Part shown: in pieces, positions 24,844 to 36,851 of the stretch | How the letters are laid out: each line of letters begins with the position of its first letter | How positions within the stretch are numbered: position 1 is the first letter of the stretch | DNA from: Mobula hypostoma | Taxonomy: Eukaryota | Direction of reading: 5' to 3' | NCBI RefSeq assembly: GCF_963921235.1 | Contig: NC_086098.1 | Location: 1,054,001-1,118,000, forward strand | DNA: 64,000 bases | Notes under the pieces: model-generated | What the model was told of the DNA's origin: nothing | The model's database searches: none | What the model saw: only the letters and a program-made list of their open reading frames with translations | Position numbers and translations under genes: made by a program

Positions 24844-25861
24844 TTGTTGTTGTTCAGTCATTGAGTAGAGTCCGACTCTTCGTGACCTCATAGACTCCTG
24901 CACACCAAGCCTCCTTGTTGGAAACTGCCTCTCTAAGATCCCCCAAAGTCATACGCATTGTCTGAGTGATATTATCTATCCATCGTAGCCTCTGTCATCC
25001 TCTCCTTCTTTTACCTTCTGTTTTATCTAACATGCGAGTCTTCTCAAGGAATCCTAACTTTTGACGTGGCCAAAATATTTGAGCTTTGCCTCATGATCAA
25101 GCCTCCTAGTGAGTAGTCTGGCTGTATTTCTTCAGGTATTGAGTTGTTGGATCTTCTTGCTGTCCAACAAACTCTTAACACTTTCCTCCAGCCTCCAAGT
25201 TCAAAGGCGTTGATTCTTTTGTATTCAGTCTTACTAATAGTCCAGTTCTCACAGCCATACATCACAACTGGAAATACCATAGACTTGACTATATGGATCT
25301 TCGTGGACAATGTTATGTCTTTGCTCTTCAGTATTTTACCTAAAGTTGCCATTGCTGCCCTCCCCAGGAGTAAGCACCGTTTAATTTCGTGGCTGCAGTT
25401 ACTATCTATAGAAATTTTTGAACCAAGGAAGATAAAATCCATCACTGTTTCCACTTCCTTTCCACGGATTTAATAGAGCTGGTCGCCATAATCTTGGTGT
25501 AATTAATATTGAGAACATGCCAACTTTTGCACTTTCTTCTTTCACTTTGATTAGAAACCTCCTCAGATCTTCCTCACTTTCAGCCGTTAGAGTGGTATCA
25601 TCTGCATATCTGAGGTTGTTAATATTTCATCTGGCAATTTTGATTCCAACATTTGAGTCCTCTAGACCAGCATTCCTCATGATGTGTTCAGCATATAGAT
25701 TAAATAAGTAGGGTGATAGTATGCAGCCTTGTCTTACTCTTTTCCCAATCTTGAAACCAATTTGTTGTTCCGTGTTCAGTTCTAACTTTTGCTTCTTGAT
25801 CTTCGTACAAGTTTCTCATAAGGCAGATCAAATGTCCAGATATCCCCATTTCTTTAAGGAT

Positions 25862-26195
25862 TTGATCATGTGGATAGTCAGAGGCTTTTTCCCAGGGCTG
25901 AAATAGTTGCCACAAGAGGACACAGGTTTAAGGTGCTGGGGAGTAGGTACAGAGGAAATGTCAGGGATAAGTTTTTTATGCAGAGAGTGGTGAGTGCGTG
26001 GAATGGGCTGCCGGCGACAGTGGTGGAGGCAGATACGACAGGGTCTTTTAAGAGTCTTTTGGATAGGTACATGGAGCTTAGAAAAATAGAGGGCTATGGG
26101 GAAGTCTAGTAATTTCTAAGATAGGGACATGTTTGGCACAATTTTGTGAGCTGAAGGGCCTGTACTGTACTGTAGGTTTTCTATGTTTCTATCTA
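25862..26195 (+). mobile_element. CR1 3' end inserted in the RTE
   Basis: TRGHRFKV...FFMQRVVSAWNGLP; TTCTATGT tail. Confidence 0.85.
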
Positions 26196-27488
26196 TGATT
26201 TGCCATAATTTATTATGGTCCACACTACCGAGGAGTAGCGAATAAAACATAGATAAGTACTTTTCTGGAATTCCCTCGATTTCGCCATTATCCAGCGTAG
26301 GTTTACAATTTGGTCTCTGGTGCCCCTGCCTCTTCTAAAACCAGTTTGTACATCGGGCAGTTCTCGTTCCATATGTTGCTGGAGTCTTGCTTGCATGATC
26401 TTTAACATTACCTTGTTAGTATGTGCAATTAGTGAAATTCTTTGGTAATTTGAACATTTCTTTACATTTAACTTCTTGGGAATTGGGATATAAACTGCTA
26501 TTTTCCAATCTAAAGGCCATTGTTGGGTTTTTCAGATCTGGTAAATTGCTTGCAACGCTTTTGTCTACCCTGTTTGTAATTTCCTCAAAGAATTGCAGTA
26601 GGCTTGCAGGCAGGATTTTGCTTTCAGGAAACCATGCTGGCTTTGACCTATCTTGTCATGTGCCTCCAGGTACTCCATAATCTCATCCCTGACAATCAAT
26701 TCCAATGATTTCCCAACAACTGATGTCAGACTAACAGGTCTATAGTTTCCTTTCTGCTGCCTCCCACCATTCTTAAATAGTGGAGTAACATTTGCAATTT
26801 TCCAGTCATCCGGTACAATGCCAGAATCTATCGATTCTTGGAATATCATCATTAATGCCTCCGCAATCTCTCCAGCTACTTCCTTCAGAACCCGAGGTCC
26901 AGGAGATTTATCCACCCTCAGACCATTAAGCTTCCTGAGCACCTCTCAGTCGTAATTTTCACTGCACAAATTTTACTTCCCTGACACTCTTGAATGTCTG
27001 GTATGCTGCAGATGTCTTCCAGTGTTTAGTTTCCACTGAATATGCATTCAGTTTCCCTGCCATCTCTACATTTCTCATTACAGTATCTCCAGCGTCATTT
27101 TGTATTGGTCCTATATCTACACACAACTCTCTTTTACCCTTTATATACTGAAAAAAACTTTTAGTATTTTCTTTGATATTAGTTGCCAGCTTCCTCTCAT
27201 AATTCATCTTTTCTTTCTGAATGACATTCTTAGTTTCCTTTTGCAAGTTTTTAAAATCTCCCCAATCCTCTATCTTCCCACTCTGTTTAGCTTTTACTTT
27301 GGCTCTGACTTCACTTGTCAGCCACGGTTTTGTCCTTCTTCCCTTTCAGTATTTCTACTTACTTGGAATATATCTGCCTTGCAGCTCCCTCATTTTTCAC
27401 AGAAACTCCAGCCATTGATGCTCTGGCAACACACATAAAAGTTGCTGGTGAACGCAGCAGGCCAGGCAGCATCTCTAGGAAGAGGTGC

Positions 27489-27524
27489 AGTCGACGTTTC
27501 AGGCCGAGACCCTTCGTCAGGACA
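27489..27524 (-). ncRNA. Minimal type-I hammerhead ribozyme motif
   Basis: Reverse complement TGTCCTGACGAAGGGTCTCGGCCTGAAACGTCGACT. Confidence 0.65.
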
Positions 27525-29364
27525 AACTGAAGAAAGAGTGAGTAAGGGATTTGAAAGTTGGTGGGGGAGGGGGAGATCCAAAATGATAGGAGAAGATAGG
27601 AGGGGGAGGGATGGAGCCAAGAGCTGGACAGGTGATAGGCAAAAGAGATACGAGAGGATCATGGGACAGGTCTGGGAAGAAAGACAAGGGGGGGGGAACC
27701 AGAGGATGGGCAAGGGGCATATTCAGAGGGAGTAAAAGGAGAGTGAGTGAAAGAATCTGTGTATAAAAATAAGTAAGAGATGGGGTACAAGGGGGAGGTG
27801 GGGCATTAGCGGAAGTTAGAGAAGTCGATGTTGATGCCATCAGGTTGGAGGCTACCCAGACGGAATATAAGGTGTTGTTCCTCCAACTTGAGTGTGGCTT
27901 CATCTTTACAGTAGAGGAGGCCGTGGATAGACATGTCAGAATGGGAGTGGGATGTGGAATTAAGATGCGTGGCCACTGGGAGATCCTGCTTTCTCTGGCG
28001 GACAGAGCGTAGATGTTCAGCAAAGCGGTCTCCCAGTCTGCGTTGTGTCTCGCCAACATATAAAAGGCCACATTGGGAGCACCGGACGCAGTATATCACC
28101 CCAGCCGACTCACAGGTGAAGTGTTGCCTCACCTGGAAGGACTGTTTGGGGCCCTGAATGGTGGTAAGGGAGGAAGTGTAAGGGCATGTGTAGCAGATGC
28201 GGCGGAGATGGAGGAATTGCGAGAAGGGGATGGCGTTTTTGCAAGAGACAGGGTGAGAAGAGGAATAGTCCAGATATTCCTCCGTCTCCGCCGCATCTGC
28301 TCTCAGGATGAGGCTTTTCATTCTAGGACGAGGGAGATGTCTTCCTTTTTTAAAGAAAGGGGCTTCCCTTCCTCCACTATCAACTCTGCTTTTAAACGCA
28401 TCTCCTCCATTCCACATACATCTGCTCTCACTCCATCCTCCCGCCACCCCACTAGGAATAGGGTTCCCCTGGTTCTCACCTTCCACCCCACCAGCCTCCG
28501 GGTCCAACATATTATTCTCCGTAACTTCCGCCACCTCCAACGGGATCCCACTACTAAGCACATCTTTCCCTCCCCCCCCCTGCATTCCGCAGGGATCGCT
28601 CCCTATGCAACTCCCTTGTCCATTCGTCCCCCCCATCCCTCCACACTGATCTCCCTCCTGACACTTATCCGTGTAAGCGGAACAAGTGCTACACATGCCC
28701 TTACACTTCCTCCCTTACCACTATTCAGGGCCCCAAACAGTCCTTCCAGGTGAGGCAACACTTCACCTGTGAGTCGACTGGGGTGATATACTGCGTCCGG
28801 AGCTCCCGATGTGGCATTTTATATATTGGTGAGACGCAACGCAGACTGGGAGACCGCTTTGCTGAACATCTACGCTCTGTCCACCAGAGAAAGCAGGATC
28901 TCCCAGTGGCCACACATTTTAATTCCACATCCCATTCCCATTCTGACATGTCTATCCACGGCCTCCTCTACTGTAAAGATGAAGCCACACTCAAGTTGGA
29001 GGAACAACACCTCATATTCCGTCTGGGTAGCCTCCAACCTGATGGCATGAACGTCGACTTCTCTAACTTCTGCTAATGCCCCACCTCCCCCTTGTACCCC
29101 ATCTGTTACTTATTTTTATACACACATTCTTTCTCTCACTCTCCTTTTTCTCCCACTGTCCCTCTGAATATACCCCTTGCCCATCCTCTGGGTCCCTCCA
29201 CCCCTTGTCTTTCTTCCCGGACCTCCTGTCCCATGATCCTCTCGTATCCCTTTTGCCAATCACCTGTCCAGCTCTTGGCTCTATCCCTCCCCCTCCTGTC
29301 TTCTCCTATCATTTTGGATCTCCCCCTCCAACTTTCAAATCCCTTACTCACTCTTCCTTCAGTT

Positions 29365-29400
29365 AGTCCTGACGAAGGGTCTCGGCCTGAAACGTCGACT
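29365..29400 (+). ncRNA. Minimal type-I hammerhead ribozyme motif
   Basis: AGTCCTGACGAAGGGTCTCGGCCTGAAACGTCGACT, core fully intact. Confidence 0.75.
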
Positions 29401-29721
29401 GTACCTCTTCCTAGAGATGCTGCCTGGCCTGCTGCGTTCACCAGCAACTTTTATGTGTGTTGCTTGAATTTCCAGCATCTGCAGAATTCCTGTTGTTTCC
29501 CATTGATGCTCTGCTGTCTTTCCTGCAAATGTCCCTGTCCGGTCAACTTTGGCCAATTCCCCTCTCATGCCATTGTAATTTCCTTTATTCCACTGAAATA
29601 CGGACACATTGGATTTTATCTTTTCCTGCTTAAATTTCAGTGTGAACTTGATCATGTTGTGATCACTGTTCCTTAAGGGTTCCTTAACCTTAAGCTCTCT
29701 TATCACCTCCGGATTGTGCAT

Positions 29722-32712
29722 ATGCATCACCGAGGATCTCACTTGGTCTGTACATACCGGCTGTGTGACGAGAAAAGCACAACGGCACCTCTTTCACCTC
29801 AGACGGTTGAAGAAGTTTGGTATAGGTCCCCAAATCAACAGACAATTGGTGAAGGAGTAGGCCATTTGGCCCTTCAAGCCAGCACCGCCATTCACTGTGA
29901 TCATCCACAATCAGTATCCAGTTCCTGCCTTAACCCCATAACCTTTGATTCCGCTACCTTTAAGAGCTCCATCCATCTCTTTCTTGAAAGCATCCAGAGA
30001 CTTGGCCTCCACTGCCTTCTGGGGCAGAGCATTCCATATATCCACCACTCTCTGGGTGAAAACGTTTTTCCTCAACTCCGTTCTAAATGGCCTACCCCTT
30101 ATTATTAAACTGTGGCCTCTGGTTCTGGACTCACCCATCAGCAGGAACATGCTTCCTGCTTCCAGCGTGTCCAATCCCTTAATAATCTTATATGTTTCAA
30201 TCAGATCCCCTCTCATCCTTCTAAATTCCAGTGTATACAAGCCCAGTCGCTCCAATCTTTCAACATATGACGGTCCCGCCATCCCAGGAATTAACCTTGT
30301 GAACCTACGCTACACTTCCTCAATAGCAAGAATGTCCTTCCTCAAATTTGGAGACCAAAACTGCACACAGTACTCCAGGTGTGGTCTCACCAGGGCCCTG
30401 TATAGTTGCAGAAGGACCTCTCTGCTCCTATACTCAATTCCCCTTGTTATGAAGGCCAGCATGCCATTAGCTTTCTTCAATGCCTGCTATACTTGCATGC
30501 TTGCTTTCAGTGACTGATGCACAAGAACACCTAAATATCGTTGTGCTTCCCCTTTTCCTAACTTGATTCCATTTAGATAATAATCTGCCTTCCTGTTCTT
30601 ACCACCAAAGTGAATAACCTCACATTTATCTACATTAAACTGCATCTGCCATGCATCTGCCCACTCACCCAGCCTGTCCAAGTCACCCTGCGTTCTCATA
30701 ACGTCCTCCTCACATTTCACACTGCCACCCAGCTTTGTGTCATCTGCAAATTTGCTAATGTTACTTTTAATCCCTTCATCTAAATCATTAATGTATATTG
30801 TAAACAGCTGCGGTCCCAGCACTGAACCCTGCGGTATCCCACTGGTCACCACCTGCCATTCCGAAAAGGACCCGTTAATCGCTACTCTTTGTTTCCTGTC
30901 AGCCAGCCAATTTTCAATCAATGTCAGTACTCTGCCCTCAATACCACGTGTCCTAATTTTGCCCACTAATCTCTGATGTGGGACTTTATAAAAGGCTTTC
31001 TGAAAGTCCAGGTACACTACATCCACTGGCTCTCCCTTGTCCATTTTCATAGTTACATTCTCAAAAAATTCCAGAAGATTTGTCAAGCACGATTTCCCCT
31101 TCGTAAACCCATGCTGACTCGGACCTATCTGGTTACTGCTATCCAAATGTGTCGTAATTTCATCTTTTATAATTGATTCCAGCATCTTTCCCACCACTGA
31201 CGTCAGGCTAACTGGTCTATAATTCCCTGTTTTCTCTCTCCCTCCTTTCTTGAAAAGTGGGACAACATTAGCCACCCTCCAATCCACAGGAACTGATCCT
31301 GAATCTATAGAACATTGGAAAATGATTACCAATGTGTCCACGATTTCTAAAACGACCTCCTTAAGTACCCTGGGAAGCAGACCATCAGGTCCCGGGGACT
31401 TATCAGCCTTCAGACCCAACAGTCTATCCAACACCATTTTCTGCCTAATATAAATTTCCTTCAGTTCATCCATTACCCTAGGTCCTTTGGCCACTATTAT
31501 ATGTGGGAGATTGTGTCTTCCCTAGTGAAGACAGATCCAAAGTACCTGTTCAACTCGTCTGCCGTTTCCTTGTTCCCCATAATAAATTCACCCGTTTCTG
31601 TCTTCAAGGGCCCAAATTTGGTCTTAACTATTTTTTTCCTTTTCACATACCTAAAGAAGCTTTTACTATCCTCCTTTATATTCTTGTCTAGTTTACCTTT
31701 GTACCTCATTTTTTCTCCGTGTAATGCCTTTTTAGTTATCTTCTTTTGTTCTTTAAAAGTTTCGCAATCCTCCGGCTTCCCACTCATCTTTGCTATGTTA
31801 TACTTCTCTTTTATTTTTATACTGTCCTTTACTTCCCTTGTCAGCCATGGCCTCCCCTTACTCCCCTTAGGATCTTTCTTTCCCTTTAGAATGAACTGAT
31901 CCTGCACCTTCTGCATTATTCCCAGAAATATCTGCCATTGTTGTTCCACTGTCATCCCTGCTAGGGTATTGTTCTATTGAACTTTGGCCAGCTCCTCCCT
32001 CGTAGCTCCATAGTTCCCTTTGTTCAACTGTAATACTGACACTTCTGATTTGCCCTTCTCCCTCTCGAGTTGTAGATTAAAACTTATCATATTATGGTCA
32101 CTACCTCCTAATGGCTCCTTTACCTAGAGGTCCCTGATCAAATCCGGTTCATCGCACAACGCTAAATCTAGAATTACCTTCTCTCTAAGAACTTATCCTT
32201 AGAACTTTCCACAGGGGCACGATTGAGAGCACCCTTACTGGCTGCATCACTGCCTGGTATGGGAGCTTTACTTCCCTCAATCGTAGGACTCTGCAGAGAG
32301 TAGCACAGACCGCCCTGCACATCTGTAGATGTGAACTTTCCACAATTCAGGAAACTTACAAAGGCAGGTGTGGGGGAAAAAAAGGGCCCAAAAGATCATT
32401 GGGAATCCGAGTCATCCCAATGACAAACTGTTCCAGCTGCTACCATCCGGGAAACGGTACCGCAACATAAAAGCCAGGACCAACAGGCTTTGGGACAGCT
32501 TCTTCCACTAGGCCATCAGACTATTTATTCATGTTGATACAATTGTATTTCTATGTTATATTGACTGTCCTGTTGAACATAGTATTCATTACAAATTACT
32601 GTAAATTGCTCATTGCACATTTAGACAGAGACGTAACGAAAAGATTTTACTCCTCATGTATAAGAAGGATGTAAGTAATAATGTCAGTTCAATTCAAGGT
32701 CTATTCAATTCA
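29722..32712 (+). mobile_element. Rex1/Babar 3' fragment (29722-29837 and 32190-32712) split by a CR1
   Basis: ITEDLTWSVH...RLKKFGIGPQI|LRTFHRGTIESTLTGCITAWYG rejoins; (ATTCA)n tail. Confidence 0.75.
29838..32186 (-). mobile_element. CR1 LINE, 2.35-kb 3' part with RT
   Basis: ORFs 31497-31955, 30487-31494 (YLDFQKAF, GIPQGSVLGP, KFADDTKL) and 29911-30282; a few stop codons. Confidence 0.92.
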
Positions 32713-33821
32713 ATGATAAATGTAACATCCTTTTTTGATGTCATATCCAGAAGGTACTGCAGTTCTTCATAAAACTGGATAATTTCATCCTCTTTAGCAC
32801 CTCTGGTTGGAACAGAAACTTGGATCACAGTGATGTTGAAAGGCTTGCCTTGAAGTCATATTGCGACCATTCTATCATTTTTGGGGTTGTATCCAATCAC
32901 TGATTTTGATGCTCTTTTTTTTTTTGACAATTGAAGCCACTCCATTCTTTCTGCAGTAGAAGATCTGGTCATTGTCTGATATAAAATGACACATTTCAGT
33001 CCATTTTATTTCGCTAATTCTCAACATGTCAATGTTTAGTCTTGCCAGCTCGTTTTTGACCACATCTTGTTCACTTTGATACATAGATCTTACATTCCAG
33101 GTTCCAATTGTGTATCACCATTTACAATATCAGACCTTCTTTTCATTTTGAGGCACATCAGCAGTTGGTCGTCCTTTTGGCTTTAATCCAACCACGTCAT
33201 TAGCTCTGGTACTACTCATACTTGTCCTCTGTTCTTCTGTATTAGCATGTTGGGCACCTTCAGACCTGCAGGGCTTGTCTTCCGGTGTCATTCTCATATA
33301 TCTCTGGTTACTTTTATCCATAAGTTTTCTTGACAAATTATTGGAGCGGGTTGCCATTTCCTTCTCCAGTGAACCACATTTAGGCTGATCTCTCTGCAAT
33401 GACCTATAACTCTACATGGTATAGCTCGCAGTGTCACTGAGATACACAAGCCTCTTCACCGCAGCAAGGTAACGGTCCATGAGGATAAAAGTGATGCTGG
33501 TGAGGTATTAATGGGAGACAAGGAAAAGGCTTATTGAGAAAGTAAGGAGGCATGGGATCCAAGGGGACATTGCTTTGTGGATCCAGAACTGACTTGCCCA
33601 CAGAAGGCAACGCGTGGTTGTAGACGAGTCATATTCTGCATGGAGGTCGGTGACCAGTGGAGTGCCTCAGGGATCTGTTCTGGGACCCTAACTTTTTGTG
33701 ATTTTTATAAATGACCTGGATGAGGAAGTGGAGGGATGGGTTAGTAAATTTGCTGATGACACAAAGGGTGGGGGTGCTGTGGATAGTGTGGAGGGCTGTC
33801 AGAGGTTACAACGGGACATAT

Positions 33822-35720
33822 GCAGGGACCTTGTGCTGTGTGCCATGCAGTATCCCCTGCTACCAATAGAAGGTGATTTTGCATCTTTGGTAGGCGGGGA
33901 TAGGTTTTCAAAGATTGACTCGTCACAAGTTTACCTGAAAATGGAGATTGAGGAGTCAAGGAGGAAGTTTCTCACAATCAGCACTCACAAGGAACTGTTC
34001 CAGTATAATCATCTCATCTTTGACGTGGTATCAGCTCCAGCAATTTGGCAAAGAGAAATGGACCAAGTGCTCCAAGATATGTTTCCTTATGCATTGGTGT
34101 CATTTTGTCACACACTAGGAAAGATGGATCTGAACGTCTGGCTGTATTTACTTCAAGGTCACTGATAAGTGCAGAATGCCACTACGCACAGATTGACTGA
34201 GAGACCCTTAGTCTTGTATGGGAAATAAAGAAGTTTCACCACTACCTGTATGGACAGAAGTTTACTCTAGTGACAGACCACTAGATTGTGTCCATTTTCA
34301 ATCCCAGGAAAAGAATCCCATTGATCTCTGCTACCTGGTTGCAACGTTGGGCACTATTCCTAGAAGCCCACTCTTAAGACATAGTGTTCATGGGTACCAA
34401 ATAACACAGCAGCGCTAACGGTTTATCGTGTCTTTCTCAATTGGTGACTGATGAAAAAACTTCTTCATTCTGTAACCCAGCAGAGATGTTCCACACAGCA
34501 TTGGTGGACCAGTTGCCAGTAACACGTTCTGAAATACACAGAGAAACAAGGAATGACACGACATTGTCAAAAGTCTAGGACATCACCATACAAGGATGGC
34601 CAGCTCATGGTAATCCTATGTTTCCAGAATTCTCAGTGAAATGAGACCAACAGTCTTTATGTCAAAGACATAAAGACTGCACACCACATTGTTAGACAAT
34701 CTGAACGAAGGACACCTGGATAAAGTCAAGGTGAAGAGTCTCACCTGGTGCTATGTGTGGTGCCCGGGAATAGATAAACAGACTGAAGGCTTAACCTATA
34801 GCTGTTTGGGGTATGACAAAGTTCAAAATACATTCACACAGGCACTGCTACACCTGTGGGAGTGGCTGTTTTCACCATAGCAAAGAGTGCATATTGACTT
34901 TGCTGGGCAATTCATGGACTCCATGTTTCTGATTTCTGTGGATGCTCACTCGGAGTGGCCGGAGGTCATACCAACCACCTTAGAAAAGAATCTTTCCCAC
35001 TCTGAGGACTGTCTTCTCCAGAAATGGCTTACTTGAACAAATTGTGAGTGACAGTGGACCACAATACACGTTCGAAGAGTTCAGACTATTTATGAAGTAA
35101 AATGACATCAAACATTTCAAGTCAGCTCCTCACCACCCACCAACGAATGGATTAACTGAAAGGTTTATCCGAATCATCAAGAAGTCCATAAAGCTATGGA
35201 CAAGGAAGATATTTCTTTACAGCACAAGGTGGATAACTTCCTTTTTGTGTATTTGAACTCTGTTCATGTGATGACAAATCAAATACCTGCAATGCTGTTC
35301 ATGAGCAGGAATCTGAGATCTCATATACATCTCCTGAAACCAGATCTACGGAGGGAAGTGCAGAATAAACAGTTCAGCCAATCGCCAAGTAAATCAGCAA
35401 GAAACTTTGAGGTTGGACAGGGTGTCCTAGCATTCAGTCGGATAGCTACAAAAACCAGACCACTGATCATACATGGAGGTGTGATGCGGATGCGCAGCCA
35501 AAGAATGCACCTGAGTCGACTGCATACATCAAGACGGACTCTTTACTGCCACTGGACTTGCCTCTCAGTAATGATCATGTCACTAACAGCAGCGTGACAC
35601 CTGCAACACAGAAAGTCGTCTTTTGACAAGTCACCGGCCAAACATGATGCCACTCCACAGGTGCAAAGCCACTGTCCTGAAAGAAACAGAGAGCTGCCCA
35701 GAAGACTGAATCTTTACAAT
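33822..35720 (+). mobile_element. Ty3/Gypsy LTR retrotransposon pol relic (RT, RNase H, integrase)
   Basis: [47 protein letters not shown]...YVWCPGID integrase zinc finger; many stops and frameshifts; no LTR recognised. Confidence 0.8.
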
Positions 35721-36174
35721 AGAGAAGTTAGTTATAGACTGTTATCGTGAAAAAATGTTTATTTGAATATGCAACCCCTGCTTGCATGATCGGGGGGGGG
35801 GGGGGGGCTGATCTACTACACTGCCACTACCTCGGGAGCGGTGTTGGAGGTGAGAGAGAAGGGCCGGCGTCCAAGTGAGGTTGATATGGCATGCTAATCG
35901 GCTGCTGCTCCCTAGCATACTCCTGGCTAATGTTAAGTCCCTGGACAATAAGCCGTGCGAACTGAGAGCCAGAATTTCCTACCAGCGGGGAACAAAGGAA
36001 TGGAATGTTTTGTGCTTCGTGGAGACCTGGCTGACGGATGAGATACCGGATCATGCCATCAAACCCTCTGAGTTCTCCCTGTTCCAGGCAGACCTCTCTG
36101 GGAAGAGTAAAGGAGTGGAATGTGCTTCATGATCAATAATACTTGGTGCAACCCCTGGAACATGCATGCGCTCA

Positions 36175-36210
36175 AATCCTGACGAAGGGTCTCGGCCCGA
36201 AACATCGACT
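36175..36210 (+). ncRNA. Hammerhead motif in a short Penelope terminus (36172-36300) inserted in a Rex1 relic
   Basis: ATC-CTGACGA-AGGG tctcgg CCC-GAAA-CA-TC-GACT; core intact, stem I weakened. Confidence 0.55.
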
Positions 36211-36851
36211 GTACCTCTCCCTAGCGATGCTGCCTGGCCTGCTGTGTTCAACAGCAACCTTTATGTGTTGCTTGAAATTCCAGCATCTGCAGATTTCCTC
36301 GTGCCCGCAGCTTATGGCAAGGTCTGCTCACCATCGCAGACTTCAAAGCTAAACACAGTGGAGCTTCCAACATCATTGCCTCTCTCTTAGATGAGCTAAA
36401 TATTTTTTATGTTCGATTAGATGTTGCCAATTCTGAGCCCCCGAAGAGAACTGCAGCTTGGTCATCTCTGAGGCTGAAGAACGCAGTTGTTTCCTTTTCT
36501 TTCTTTTTAAATCTTTTTATTGAATAAGTATACAAAAAAGGTAAGCCATATAAACATTAATACAATGTTAAAGTATAATAAAATTCCAAAAGATATCAAT
36601 ACCAAAAAGAAAATACTACAATGTAATTTAAGCATAAGAAACCAAGATAACATAATAATATACTAAATTTTATATATATCAATGGAAAAAAAAGAAAAAA
36701 AAACCCCCCAAAAAAAAACGCACCGTGCAGCTAACTAAAAGCAAGGCAAAGCAATGGGCTAACTTGAAACCAAACAGAGTTAAACTTAAAATCACGTCCT
36801 CAATCCCGACCTCCATTAAAAACAGTGAAAAAAAAACAAGAAGGGTAAATA

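Larger units (their letters stand above)
27426..29499. mobile_element. Penelope-like element: inverted arm 27426-28276 (-) plus direct arm 28277-29499 (+)
   Basis: GIY-YIG ORFs on both strands (27806-28696 minus, 28750-29076 plus); perfect 14-bp TSD ccattgatgctctg at 27412-27425 and 29500-29513. Confidence 0.92.
26562..29715 (-). mobile_element. CR1 internal fragment (26562-27425 and 29500-29715), host of a Penelope insertion
   Basis: KSPGP..WKIANVTPLFK..NYRPVSLTSVVGK..SQHGF; LRNSDHNMIKF. Confidence 0.85.
24844..33487 (-). mobile_element. BovB-like RTE LINE in three pieces (24844-25865, 26195-26561, 32715-33487) carrying nested inserts
   Basis: ETVMDFIFLGSKI...SHEIKRCLLLGR...VKSMVFPVVMYGCENWT; LKIMQARLQQHMERELPDVQTGFRRGRGTRDQI; IGTWNVRSM endonuclease start; (AAC)n tail; TSD aaa(a/g)tgatgct at 24833-24843 and 33488-33498. 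Confidence 0.85.

Noticed and set aside
28750..29076. Stand-alone GIY-YIG nuclease or homing endonuclease gene
   Set aside because: It is the C-terminal domain of the Penelope ORF, multicopy and bounded by TSDs.
35792..35807. G16 run as a Gypsy polypurine tract or G-quadruplex
   Set aside because: No recognisable LTR follows it; it is a simple homopolymer at a repeat junction, with unreliable length.
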